Source of the DNA: a virus
Lineage: Duplodnaviria > Caudoviricetes
Virus record (IMG/VR): IMGVR_UViG_2936345690_000002
Direction: 5' to 3' (one strand)
DNA length: 64,000 nucleotides
Under the pieces are notes generated by a model that was given only the letters and a program-made list of their open reading frames with translations, had not been told where the DNA came from and made no database searches. Position numbers and translations under genes: made by a program. Below, piece after piece: positions 9,540 through 18,219 of this stretch. The stretch's first letter is position 1. Each line of letters opens with the position of its first letter.

Positions 9540-10279
9540 TCCGCCTCACTGTAAATAATTGAGCACCTGCACGCTATCGTGTTACCCGCACTCCCAGCCG
9601 GGTCGCCCGGCCGGTCCATCAGCTCGCCGCCGACGTTGAATTTCTCGTCCAGCGGGATCGCCGGGTGATTCGCCATCGCAAGGTGCTCCGGGCGCGTGCG
9701 GCTATCCGAGGTCGGCAGCCAGGCTTTGAGCATCTTCATGTCCAGCTGCTGCTCGGCATCCCGCACGCTCTCGATGCTGCCGTAGGTGGCGGCGGCGTGC
9801 GTCTCGGTGCGTGCGATCACGCTGGCCCGGCGCGGCGTCAGGCTGGTCAGCTTGCGGATATTCGAGGCGATGGCCTGCGTGCCCAGCCCCTCGCCGATCC
9901 CGGCTTCGATGGCAGCGGCCACGGTATCGCGGTCGGTGTCGGTGATCATGCGTGCTTTTCGCAGCGCTTCCCGGCGAACCCAGGAGAACATCAGGGCTTC
10001 CAGCGGCGTGAGTGCCGATTTCTTGCCCTTGGCGATGCCGGAGAGCGCCAGCTTGCCAAAATTCGCGGTCGTTTCCGTGTAATGGGCGAGTAGCGTGTTG
10101 AAGACCCGCGTGCGGTGCTTCTCGTTCAGGTGGGCGGGCACGGTGCCGGTGTCGGCCACGGATCTGGCGACCTGGCGGAGGTAGGAATTGAGCGCGGTAC
10201 CGGCCTTCAGGCGGAGCTTGTGTTCGTAGAACGTCATCCCGCGCTGGAAGGCGACGTGCTGACGGCGGCGGGAGAGCAT
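9536..10279 (-). CDS. Minor head protein (Mu gpF / SPP1 gp7-like)
   Basis: RASVIARTET, KAW...DSRTRPEH, PGDP, IACRC. Confidence 0.85.
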   Translation of the reverse strand: MLSRRRQHVAFQRGMTFYEHKLRLKAGTALNSYLRQVARSVADTGTVPAHLNEKHRTRVFNTLLAHYTETTANFGKLALSGIAKGKKSALTPLEALMFSWVRREALRKARMITDTDRDTVAAAIEAGIGEGLGTQAIASNIRKLTSLTPRRASVIARTETHAAATYGSIESVRDAEQQLDMKMLKAWLPTSDSRTRPEHLAMANHPAIPLDEKFNVGGELMDRPGDPAGSAGNTIACRCSIIYSEAE

Positions 10280-10501
10280 CTAGGCTTTGTGTCCGAGCCA
10301 CATCATCGTGGCCATGAAAGCGAGTGCGGCAATCAGAACGACGGCCAGGATAGCCGCGTTTTGCGAGTCCATCCCGCCCGGACGGGGGCGCGGGTTCTGC
10401 GTCGGAGCAGGCCGGTTGTAGGCGCTCACGTCCTCCGCAGGCATAGGGCGTTTCGGCTTGTGCACAGTTCCGTCGGGCAGGTATATCAGTTTTTCGGTCA
10501 T
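10280..10501 (-). CDS. Small C-terminally membrane-anchored protein
   Basis: Hydrophobic C-terminal segment. Confidence 0.55.
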   Translation of the reverse strand: MTEKLIYLPDGTVHKPKRPMPAEDVSAYNRPAPTQNPRPRPGGMDSQNAAILAVVLIAALAFMATMMWLGHKA

Positions 10502-10504
10502 AAC

Positions 10505-10690
10505 TCAGGCAGGCAGCAGGAAATACGGCTGCCAGAACCACGGGCCGAACCAGCAGTTCAGCCGCACCAGCTGCACGAATTCATCCTGGTAGACGATGTC
10601 GAGTGCGGAACCGGCCTGGGCGTTCGAGCCCGGGAACTGGATGCGGATGACCTTGTCGTCCTCTTCGATAATCTCGACCTCAAGCGTCAT
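10505..10690 (-). CDS. Small hypothetical protein (61 aa, MTLEVEII...)
   Basis: ATG overlapping the portal end, with GAGG upstream. Confidence 0.45.
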   Translation of the reverse strand: MTLEVEIIEEDDKVIRIQFPGSNAQAGSALDIVYQDEFVQLVRLNCWFGPWFWQPYFLLPA

Positions 10691-12068
10691 CCTCGTCCTC
10701 TTCTTCTTCCGCCGGTTTAGGCTTCTTGGGCTTCTTCGGTTTCGGCTCGGGCTCAGGTTCCGGCGACGGCGCATCTTCCTCGCCATCGGCATCGCTGCCC
10801 GGCTCGGCCAGATCGGGGATTTCGCCGGCCAGTTCCAGCGGGATGTTGGTGGACGGCACCAGCACCACGTCGCCGCCGTCCACGTCATCCAGGCCCATCG
10901 CCCGGCGTTTCTCGTTGACGGTCATGTAGGTGGCAGCGTTGATCCGGTCACCCTTTTCCTTGCGGCGCGGCTCCAGCGCGGGAATCGCCTCTTCGTCGTA
11001 CCAGATCACCAAATCGTCGCCGAACAGCGGGGCCAGCCAGTTGTTCAGCTCCTCGAGATCGCTCTCCAGGAAGGGGATCACGGTGTCGGAGTAATAGGCG
11101 ACCTTGGCTTCACCGTAATTAGAATATGTGCTTTCGCCCGGGATGTTGACCAGCTGCGGCGGGGTGTGGAACACGCCGGCGATGAAGCGGGCGGTAACCA
11201 GCATCGTCTCCCGGTGGTCCATGTCCTTCGGGCTGAGCGAAATCGGCGTCCATTTCATGCCGCCTTCGAGCACCATGGGCTTGCCGGCGTTGTGCTTGCC
11301 GGAGAACCGGTCGTCGAGCATGCGCTTGAGGCTGGAGCGCTGGTCATCGGTCAGGGATACCGGCTTGCCTTCGCGGTCGACAATCTCCAGCGCGCCGGAG
11401 GGGCGAGCTTCGTTATCGAGCAGCGCCTTGTTCCAGGCTTGCCCGGAATTGAACGTGTCCACGCCGAACGCGGCGGCCACCAGCGGCGGCAGGCCGATCG
11501 ACGGGTTGAGCGGGTTGACGGTCTTCAGGTGCAGGATGGCGCACTTGCCGGTGATCCGGTCGACCGGGAAGCGGATCGGCTTGGCCTGGCCGGGGCGGTA
11601 GTCGTACCAGGCGGGAAGCGCGCTCTGGGGCTGCGCCTGCACCGTCACCGACTGCGTCGGCAGGAGCCATAATTCTTTCGGCGGGTTGCCCTTGCGGCTG
11701 AACGGGTCGATGCCCTCGCCGTGGACGTAGGCATTCCCGCCGATCAGGCGGTAGGTGGCCATCGCCTCGCGGAAGCTCCGGCCGCCCGCCATCGGGTTGG
11801 GGCGTTCCAGCAGTTTCAGCAGCGGATGGTTCTCCAGCTTCACCAGCTTGCCGCCCTGCTTGCGGTAGACGTGCAGGTCCACCGAGGCGGACGCCCTGGC
11901 GAGCTTGGTCACGCAGGCGTAGACGATCGGGTTCTGCTCGTAGCCGTCCTTGGCCAGCAGGTCGAAGCGGCGTTCCAGCCAGCGGGCCGCGCCGATGCCG
12001 TAAAGGAACGTGGCGTTCTTGACGGCGAATTGATCGACCGCTTTGGAGCGGCGGGTGAACCAGGCCAC
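10680..12068 (-). CDS. HK97-family portal protein
   Basis: NPIVYACV, HPLLKLLERPNP, GNAY, NAGKPMVLEGG, TYSNY, TVNEKR. Confidence 0.95.
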   Translation of the reverse strand: MAWFTRRSKAVDQFAVKNATFLYGIGAARWLERRFDLLAKDGYEQNPIVYACVTKLARASASVDLHVYRKQGGKLVKLENHPLLKLLERPNPMAGGRSFREAMATYRLIGGNAYVHGEGIDPFSRKGNPPKELWLLPTQSVTVQAQPQSALPAWYDYRPGQAKPIRFPVDRITGKCAILHLKTVNPLNPSIGLPPLVAAAFGVDTFNSGQAWNKALLDNEARPSGALEIVDREGKPVSLTDDQRSSLKRMLDDRFSGKHNAGKPMVLEGGMKWTPISLSPKDMDHRETMLVTARFIAGVFHTPPQLVNIPGESTYSNYGEAKVAYYSDTVIPFLESDLEELNNWLAPLFGDDLVIWYDEEAIPALEPRRKEKGDRINAATYMTVNEKRRAMGLDDVDGGDVVLVPSTNIPLELAGEIPDLAEPGSDADGEEDAPSPEPEPEPKPKKPKKPKPAEEEEDEDDA

Positions 12069-12071
12069 GGG

Positions 12072-13484
12072 CTACCAGATGCGGATGTCGGGGGTGACCG
12101 ACCGGGTGCGCATCCAGTTCAGGAACTGCGTTGTGCTGTCCACCTGGTCGTCGTGCGGAGCGTTCGGAAAAGTCATCAGTTCCATCTCGTAATCGGTTAG
12201 CCAGGCGGCGTGCGTGGGCAGGCTCACCTTGCCCGCTTCCACGAGGGCGGAGACGGCGCTGGCACGGGTTTCTTTGTCTTTCTCCGGGTTGATCGCCAGC
12301 AACGGCAATTGCGTGCTATGTCGGAGATCCTGCAAAACCTGCTGGCCGGAGGATTTGTCCTCGATCAACACGGCGTTGGCGCCCCATGTTTCGGCGTGCT
12401 CGGCCACGCGGGCTTTGAGCTGAGGGTATTCCAGGCGTTTGACCAGCACATGCAGGAGGTCGTAGCCGTCCGGGCGTATGCCCCATGTGGTGCAGCAGCT
12501 CGGGTCATTCAATTCCGCCGCCTTGCTCGCGGTATCCCAGCTCTGAACGATCTGCAGGTAGCTGTCCTGCGGCCGCTCGTGGCGTTTGAACCAGCCCGCC
12601 TTGAAGATGCCGCCTTCCGCCGGAGCCGGGCGTTGCTGGTACTGGCCGGCAAAGGCGTAGGAGCCCATGATATTCTTCTGTGCCTCGACCGCCGCCGCAC
12701 TCTCGCGCTCGGGATGGAGCAGATCGCCTTCCTCGCGGACCACTTTGACGCGGCCGAAATCGATGACGGTGCGCGTCTCGGCAATCGCCGGGATGCAGAG
12801 GTTTTCCCATCCGCCCTTGGCCAGCAGGTGACCGGAGAGGTCATCCGCGTGAAGTCGCTGCATCACCACGACAATGACGCCGTTTTCTTTGTCGTCGAGG
12901 CGGGTGCAAAACCCCTGGTCGAACCACGTATTAGCTGTTTCCCGGTCAGCGTCCGAAAGGGCCTGCGCCGCATTCAGCGGGTCATCGACGATCAGGAAGT
13001 TGCCGCCTTCGCCGATGGCCGAGCCGCCGACCGAAGTGGCGAAGCGATGGCCGCGAGCGGTGGTGACGAATTTGCGTTTCTCGTTCTGGTCGCCGGTCAG
13101 GTGAACGCCGGGAAACACCCGCTTGTACCACTCCGACTGGAGGATCAGGCGGGTATCCACGCTGTGCTTGAGCGACAGCACCTCGGCGTAGGAAGCGGCC
13201 AGGATGCGTTCGGATGGGTTATGCCCCAGCAGCCATGCCGGCCATGCCACGGTGACCGAGATGGATTTCATGTAGCGCGGCGGTATGTTGATGATCAGCC
13301 GCTTGATCTCGCGACGGGTGCAGGCTTCGAGATACTCCGCGATCAGGTCGATGTGCCAGTTGTGCTTGTAACTGGCGCCCGGATCGACCGTGGCGAAGGC
13401 TTTGCGGGTAAACGCCGCCAGGCGGGTGCGCAGGAGGGCGTCGAACGCCTTCTGGTCACTTACCTTGTTTTGCGTACTCGTCAA
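12072..13484 (-). CDS. terL: Terminase large subunit
   Basis: INIPPRYMKS Walker A, IVDDP Walker B, QYQQRP, SWDTA, IEDKSSG, HDDQVD. Confidence 0.95.
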   Translation of the reverse strand: MTSTQNKVSDQKAFDALLRTRLAAFTRKAFATVDPGASYKHNWHIDLIAEYLEACTRREIKRLIINIPPRYMKSISVTVAWPAWLLGHNPSERILAASYAEVLSLKHSVDTRLILQSEWYKRVFPGVHLTGDQNEKRKFVTTARGHRFATSVGGSAIGEGGNFLIVDDPLNAAQALSDADRETANTWFDQGFCTRLDDKENGVIVVVMQRLHADDLSGHLLAKGGWENLCIPAIAETRTVIDFGRVKVVREEGDLLHPERESAAAVEAQKNIMGSYAFAGQYQQRPAPAEGGIFKAGWFKRHERPQDSYLQIVQSWDTASKAAELNDPSCCTTWGIRPDGYDLLHVLVKRLEYPQLKARVAEHAETWGANAVLIEDKSSGQQVLQDLRHSTQLPLLAINPEKDKETRASAVSALVEAGKVSLPTHAAWLTDYEMELMTFPNAPHDDQVDSTTQFLNWMRTRSVTPDIRIW

Positions 13485-13965
13485 GCAGAGCCTTATCCTG
13501 CTCCGCCAGCTGTACCCCGTTCACGCTCACGTTCACATTGGTATCGCCCTTGGAGCCAAATCGCTTCGGTGCCAGTTTCTCGGCCACCTTGATGCGCGTA
13601 TCCACCCGCAGCTTGTCGCGTTGTGCGGTGGCGGCAAGGAACTCCTGCCGCGCCTGGCTATCCTGCGGTGAAACCCCATCGTCGTTGCTGCCGATATGCT
13701 CGCGCTCGGCGGGCTCGCCGTCTGCGATATCCACGGCCTCGTCCATGTAGGATTCCGCCTGCCAGTCGCGCGCACAGGCGTACTGGTCGCAAAACGCCTT
13801 GTATGTTTCCTCGCCAGCTGCACCTCTGGTAAGCCAACGGATCACGGTAGCTTTGTCCGGCATGTGCTCGTCGGAGCAGATTCGACGCAGCGATTCGCCG
13901 TTCGCCAACCGCTCACAGATGTCCGTGGCGAGCTTGGCGGAATATCGTGTCGGCCTTCCGGTCAT
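13456..13965 (-). CDS. terS: Terminase small subunit (Sf6-like)
   Basis: GRPTRY..ICERLANGESLRRIC..MP, KLRVDTR..KLAPKRFG; upstream of terL. Confidence 0.85.
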   Translation of the reverse strand: MTGRPTRYSAKLATDICERLANGESLRRICSDEHMPDKATVIRWLTRGAAGEETYKAFCDQYACARDWQAESYMDEAVDIADGEPAEREHIGSNDDGVSPQDSQARQEFLAATAQRDKLRVDTRIKVAEKLAPKRFGSKGDTNVNVSVNGVQLAEQDKALLDEYAKQGK

Positions 13966-14264
13966 TTCACATACTTCTCGGGAAAGCTGATCGCGGAAGC
14001 CACGCGCACCAGCTCCTCTTTCGCGATCAGGCGGAACCGCACCGCGTCGTCATAATGGCCATCCTGCACCGGCTTCCCGAGCGACCGGTCGCCTTGCCTG
14101 GCCGGGAAGAGCGGCGTGTAATCGAAGTCGACCGGCACGTTGTTGCGGTCGTAAACCGTCTTGCCCTTGATAGCCGGCGGGTAATACTCGCCGTTCACGA
14201 TTTTCTGGAAGATGGTGCCCTTGGGGCAGGACAGGAACGATATGCGGGATAGCTCCTTGCTCAT
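13962..14264 (-). CDS. Hypothetical protein
   Basis: Coupled ORF. Confidence 0.55.
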   Translation of the reverse strand: MSKELSRISFLSCPKGTIFQKIVNGEYYPPAIKGKTVYDRNNVPVDFDYTPLFPARQGDRSLGKPVQDGHYDDAVRFRLIAKEELVRVASAISFPEKYVK

Positions 14265-14578
14265 CGCTTGACGAACTTTCCGTTGACGCGTGGCTGCGGC
14301 TGGCGGTTGACCTTCGGCTTTGCAGGCACGCAGTTTTCGGCCGGAGCCGCAGGGGTTTTCACCATCGCCTCGATCAGCTGCCTGCCCGATTCCGTCAGTT
14401 GGCGGTCCAGCTCCAGAACGATATCGCCATGGGCTTTCTCCCGGGATTCCTTGATCGCCTTCCGAAGCGAGCCGATGCCCTTCAGGACGTCCTTCTGCTG
14501 CCGATCAATCCTGGCGATGGCCCAGAGCACCAGCATCAGCGCCAGTGCCAGCAGGATGACCAGCAGGGCGTTCATCAC
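14261..14578 (-). CDS. Membrane-anchored hypothetical protein
   Basis: N-terminal hydrophobic helix. Confidence 0.55.
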   Translation of the reverse strand: MMNALLVILLALALMLVLWAIARIDRQQKDVLKGIGSLRKAIKESREKAHGDIVLELDRQLTESGRQLIEAMVKTPAAPAENCVPAKPKVNRQPQPRVNGKFVKR

Positions 14579-14667
14579 GCGCGGCTCCCCAGGCAGGCCA
14601 GGAGTACGCGGAGCGGTAGCTGGACTGCGAGTCCGAACCAGAGCAGCGGCATAAGCAAAACCTGTGC

Positions 14668-14693
14668 AAAAAGAAACCCCGCGTTGGCGGGGT
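14668..14693 (-). terminator. Leader terminator of the late operon
   Basis: ACCCCGC-N4-GCGGGGT followed by TTCTTTTT on the minus strand. Confidence 0.65.
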
Positions 14694-14789
14694 GGAGTGA
14701 ATTCGATGAGGAGGAATGATGCCAGACGGTCCTACAAAAAACGCTCTAAAACCCATGGTTCAGGCGCGCGAACCCCTCTTACGAAAAAC

Positions 14790-14818
14790 AGGCTAGCATA
14801 CGGAAAATTTATGCGCAA
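14790..14818 (-). promoter_or_regulatory. Putative late promoter
   Basis: TTGCGC-N17-TAGCCT with extended TG; GCATA-N9-TATGC palindrome in the spacer. Confidence 0.45.
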
Positions 14819-14830
14819 GCGTTTTCGAAC

Positions 14831-15559
14831 TTATGCTGCGTTTATGCCTTCACGCTTCTTCTGCCGCATCTCGCGGTTCGCCTCGCTCCAGGCGTTCGGG
14901 TTCTGCCGGTATTCGTCCGCATCGCGGTTGATGGTGTTGATCGCGTCGGCCATGCGGCGGAACGCATCCAGGAAGGGCTCCCGATTAGCGCATACCCCGA
15001 TCACCTGCTTTTCGGTCGGGTGGGAGCTGACCAGGATATCCACCAGGCGGAGGTCTTTGCGGTCGATTTTCTCCAGCAGCTTGGCGAAACGATCTTCCTT
15101 GCTCCAGGCCTCCGGATCGCCGGTGCCGACGTTGGAATAGCGGGCAGCCTCGGTGACCGCGTAGAATGCGGCGCGCCAATCGGCGTAAATGCTGGCGTGC
15201 GTTTGCGAACCGTCGTCCAGAACGCCTTTTTCGATCAGCGATGCCAGGATGGACTGGTTCTTGAACCCGGCATGCGTGATGACCCCGTGCAGGATGCGTA
15301 CCCAGGCGGTACCGGACTGGAAATAGCCGTCGGCGCGGGGAATGGCGATACCGTGCTGCTCAGGCCATCCACACGGCACGAAATCGTCGGCATGGCCCGG
15401 ATGCCGGGCGGTGGCCGCTTGCCCCTGCTTCCGCATCAGCCGCTCGACGGACTGTTTCAGCTGCCTGTTCTCCGCCAACGTCAGCCGGAGCTGCTTCAGG
15501 AGGTCTTTCTTCTTGGCTTGCGTCCAATCATTCTCGGCTTCGGCGGGGGTGTCGGTCAT
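14831..15559 (-). CDS. Hypothetical protein in the late-regulator (Q-like) position
   Basis: Last gene before the late promoter; no family recognised. Confidence 0.55.
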   Translation of the reverse strand: MTDTPAEAENDWTQAKKKDLLKQLRLTLAENRQLKQSVERLMRKQGQAATARHPGHADDFVPCGWPEQHGIAIPRADGYFQSGTAWVRILHGVITHAGFKNQSILASLIEKGVLDDGSQTHASIYADWRAAFYAVTEAARYSNVGTGDPEAWSKEDRFAKLLEKIDRKDLRLVDILVSSHPTEKQVIGVCANREPFLDAFRRMADAINTINRDADEYRQNPNAWSEANREMRQKKREGINAA

Positions 15560-15744
15560 GCGGGGGCTGGCTCAGGTGGGTTTGACCAGCCTTAGCAGTA
15601 AATTCCGCGTCAGGCAAGTGACGCTTTGGTGTAAGCGCGGCGTAAATGCACGGTCACGCAGGCCCTTGCGGGGAAAGGCGGCCGATGTGAACCGCTGCGC
15701 CCGTGCTGCCGGTGTTACAAAGCCACTACCGGCTTGGCCATGCG

Positions 15745-16128
15745 TCATTTGCCGTTGTCCTCCGGCGATAGCGATTCCCGCTCCGGCCACGGAAAGGGTT
15801 TGCCGTCACGCTGTACGATGCGCATTTCGTCTTTTCGGCCGGTGAATTCGGAATCGAAATTGCGGAAGATCAGGTCATCACCTCGAATTTCCAAGAGCCT
15901 CCAGCCGATCGCGCCACGGTTCGTGAGCATGTCACCCACCCGCGCCTCCGCCTTCGCCACGCTCTCCGGCGGCAGGTAGCACTTCACGCCTTCCGCCCGG
16001 GAGCGGATCGGGTCGCACAGGCGTTCCATCGTGAACGGCGAGCCTACCCGGTCCACGGTCTGGATGTCGTGATCGAGCAGCGCGGCCAGGGCGTGGTGGG
16101 GCTGGCGGTAGAGGAAACGCTCCGTCAT
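15745..16128 (-). CDS. Hypothetical protein
   Basis: ATGA-coupled start MTERFLY. Confidence 0.55.
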   Translation of the reverse strand: MTERFLYRQPHHALAALLDHDIQTVDRVGSPFTMERLCDPIRSRAEGVKCYLPPESVAKAEARVGDMLTNRGAIGWRLLEIRGDDLIFRNFDSEFTGRKDEMRIVQRDGKPFPWPERESLSPEDNGK

Positions 16129-16691
16129 GCCGCCCCCGCGAATCGTGCCTGCAGCTGCCGCTCGCGGGCGTCCATTGCCTCGAAGGCACTCAGCAGGGCC
16201 TGGAACAACGGCCAATCCTTCCGCTTGAATTCACCGAGCTGGGCTACGGTATCCTCCCTGGCCGCAACTGCTTTGCGGATATCGGCTTCTGTGTAATTCG
16301 CCTTGCCATCCCGCCAGGCGCCGATCCAGATGCTAAGGCCAACGCCCCGCTCCAACGCCATCTGCCCGATGGGGGAACGCATCAGCCGTTCGGCCAGCGC
16401 GGTGTTGGCGTGGCAGAAATACTCCTTCCGGTCCTGCGGGTTCGAGATGACAGTGCTGGACTGCCGCTCGGCCTTGAGGTGTTCCATGAAATGCGCGATG
16501 GTCGGTCGGGTCTTGCAGCTGAGCCGGACCTCTCGCCATGCTGCATCCAGAGCCTGCTCGCTGAATCTGCCCAAATCGTCGACGTAAGCCTTGATTTGGT
16601 CATCGCTCAGCATTCGCATCCCGAAATAGTTGACCATTGGATCGATGACAGCGCGTTTTACTTTGTCGTAGTTGATTTCCTTAGCTTGCAT
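16125..16691 (-). CDS. Replication-associated protein (helicase-loader position)
   Basis: Directly downstream of the initiator; DLGRFS...RPTIAHF pattern. Confidence 0.5.
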   Translation of the reverse strand: MQAKEINYDKVKRAVIDPMVNYFGMRMLSDDQIKAYVDDLGRFSEQALDAAWREVRLSCKTRPTIAHFMEHLKAERQSSTVISNPQDRKEYFCHANTALAERLMRSPIGQMALERGVGLSIWIGAWRDGKANYTEADIRKAVAAREDTVAQLGEFKRKDWPLFQALLSAFEAMDARERQLQARFAGAA

Positions 16692-17499
16692 TGAAATTCT
16701 CCCTCATGCGTTTGTCCTGTGCTATTCGTTCCTCCCTCGCCGCCTTGGCGGAAAGGATGGCGTGCGTGAAATACCTGAAACTACCGATATCCCCTCCCTT
16801 GGCGGCGATGCGGTCATCCACCGAGGGGATGATGTCCTGCTCGACATCGCATCCGGCGTTGAGCCATTCATCGATTTCGGGTGATGCGCGTGCCGCGAGC
16901 TGCGGCAGGCGGCCGCAGATGTAATCCCTGACCCGCCGGTGGTCGGGGTGGTTCTGGGCTGGCATCATCCGCGGTGATTTCGGAGGCGGCGGATGGGTCT
17001 CCTCGCGTGTGCGCGCGTGCGCGCCGTTCGCGACGTTGATTCCTTTACTGGATTCATAATTCATGATTCCTATACCTACCATGCAACTGCCGTTATCTAA
17101 CGGTGCTTTAACGGTTAGGGCACCGTTATTTTCCTCAAGATGCTGATAATGCACCGTGTTTTTTTCGGTCGCCTCGGGGAGGCTGCTTTCGCGCTCCGTT
17201 TTGTGGGGCGATTGGTGCTGGCGGAACTTGTTTATCCAAATGTAAAGCAACGCATCGTGCACATAGAAGGTTAGGAAGCCCAACCGTGCCAGTTCCGTTA
17301 GATAACGGTTAAGTAACGGGAGATCGATGTCGTCGTACGGGAAGATCTGCTTTCTCAGCTTCTTGGGACGGTATTCCAGCCGCCCTTCCTTGTCGGCCTC
17401 CGTCCACAACCCGATGAAAAGAAGCCTGGCGGCGAAGTCAAGTTCTGCCAAATGCTCGTTTTCGAAGAAGGACGGCTTGATGTTGCGTGCTCGTGCCAT
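16681..17499 (-). CDS. Phage replication initiator / replisome organiser
   Basis: MARARNIKPSFF, RLLFIGLWTEADKEGR, IFPYD, FRQHQ N-terminal domain; internal iterons. Confidence 0.8.
   Translation of the reverse strand: MARARNIKPSFFENEHLAELDFAARLLFIGLWTEADKEGRLEYRPKKLRKQIFPYDDIDLPLLNRYLTELARLGFLTFYVHDALLYIWINKFRQHQSPHKTERESSLPEATEKNTVHYQHLEENNGALTVKAPLDNGSCMVGIGIMNYESSKGINVANGAHARTREETHPPPPKSPRMMPAQNHPDHRRVRDYICGRLPQLAARASPEIDEWLNAGCDVEQDIIPSVDDRIAAKGGDIGSFRYFTHAILSAKAAREERIAQDKRMRENFNAS
17041..17319. other. Putative phage replication origin (iterons plus AT-rich patch)
   Basis: Seven TAACGG/CCGTTA boxes, including CCGTTA-N2-TAACGG at 17090 and 17295. Confidence 0.55.
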
Positions 17500-17618
17500 A
17501 ATCCCTTACGCCCCCCTTATGCCGCCGGCAGCATGACCGGATTGCCGCTTGATGTCGCCTGGTATCTCCTGGAACCCCCGCCAGATGCGGGGTGACTGGC
17601 TCTCGCGCTGTTTCATGG

Positions 17619-17819
17619 TCATGTCCCGCCCGATGGCGGCGGGGTCATGCCTGCCCGCTTCAACTTCTCGTCGAATTCCCTCCGCAGCGCATCCAGCTGC
17701 TTATCGACCGCTTCACAGACCATCGCGGCTTGCGGGGATATCTTCGTTTCCTGGTAGCTCGCCGTTCCGAGCTTTTTCTTCTCCCGTACGATGATCCCCA
17801 GCTGCTCAATGGTTCGCAT
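17619..17819 (-). CDS. Small hypothetical protein (MRTIEQLG...)
   Basis: GGAGG RBS; overlaps the upstream stop. Confidence 0.5.
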   Translation of the reverse strand: MRTIEQLGIIVREKKKLGTASYQETKISPQAAMVCEAVDKQLDALRREFDEKLKRAGMTPPPSGGT

Positions 17820-17961
17820 TGGCTGCCTCCTGCTCAATCTGACGGAGAAGGAGCGTTGAGAGGTAGTTGCTCGGCGAACGGTTCTCGCCCTGGGCCTTCT
17901 CCTCAATCCACTTTTGAATTTCCTCGGGAAGATAATAGGTTGCGTTGCTCTTCTTACTCAT
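17806..17961 (-). CDS. Ribbon-helix-helix (Arc/CopG-like) regulator, 51 aa
   Basis: Manual translation MSKKSNATYYLPEEIQKWIEEKAQGENRSPSNYLSTLLLRQIEQEAANANH fits the RHH pattern. Absent from the ORF track. Confidence 0.7.
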   Translation of the reverse strand: MSKKSNATYYLPEEIQKWIEEKAQGENRSPSNYLSTLLLRQIEQEAANANH

Positions 17962-18023
17962 AGTGTACTATCCCTTAATTAGTGGTTGACTAATTGCATA
18001 TATTAGATTACGTCTAAAGTCAA
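17961..18023. promoter_or_regulatory. Divergent promoter/operator region
   Basis: Opposed TTGACT boxes (17986 plus strand, 18023 minus strand); palindromes AATTAGT-N5-ACTAATT and TTAGA-N5-TCTAA. Confidence 0.65.
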
Positions 18024-18059
18024 GAGCGGCGAGGTTGCCGCGATAATCATGGAGGGAAC

Positions 18060-18215
18060 ATGCAAAAATCACATCTCACGCTTGTCGTAAACCGCCTGCC
18101 GCGCGCCGAGCAGCTACCGCTCTGGCTTGCCGTGCCGTTCGGGACGCTCTCCCTAATGGCGTTCATGGGCCTGATGCTCTTCGGCGTCGCCCTGCTGCAT
18201 TCGTTCGCCGGGTAG
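18060..18215 (+). CDS. Small membrane protein (51 aa)
   Basis: GGAGG RBS; hydrophobic C-terminal half; not in the ORF track. Confidence 0.5.
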   Translation: MQKSHLTLVVNRLPRAEQLPLWLAVPFGTLSLMAFMGLMLFGVALLHSFAG

Positions 18216-18219
18216 CGCC

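Noticed and set aside
7145-13592. Long plus-strand ORFs antisense to capsid, portal and terminase
   Set aside because: Antisense shadows caused by high-GC codon bias.
146-13965. Gene transfer agent cluster
   Set aside because: It is linked to its own replication, recombination and integrase genes and has gpF and moron genes, which favours a prophage.
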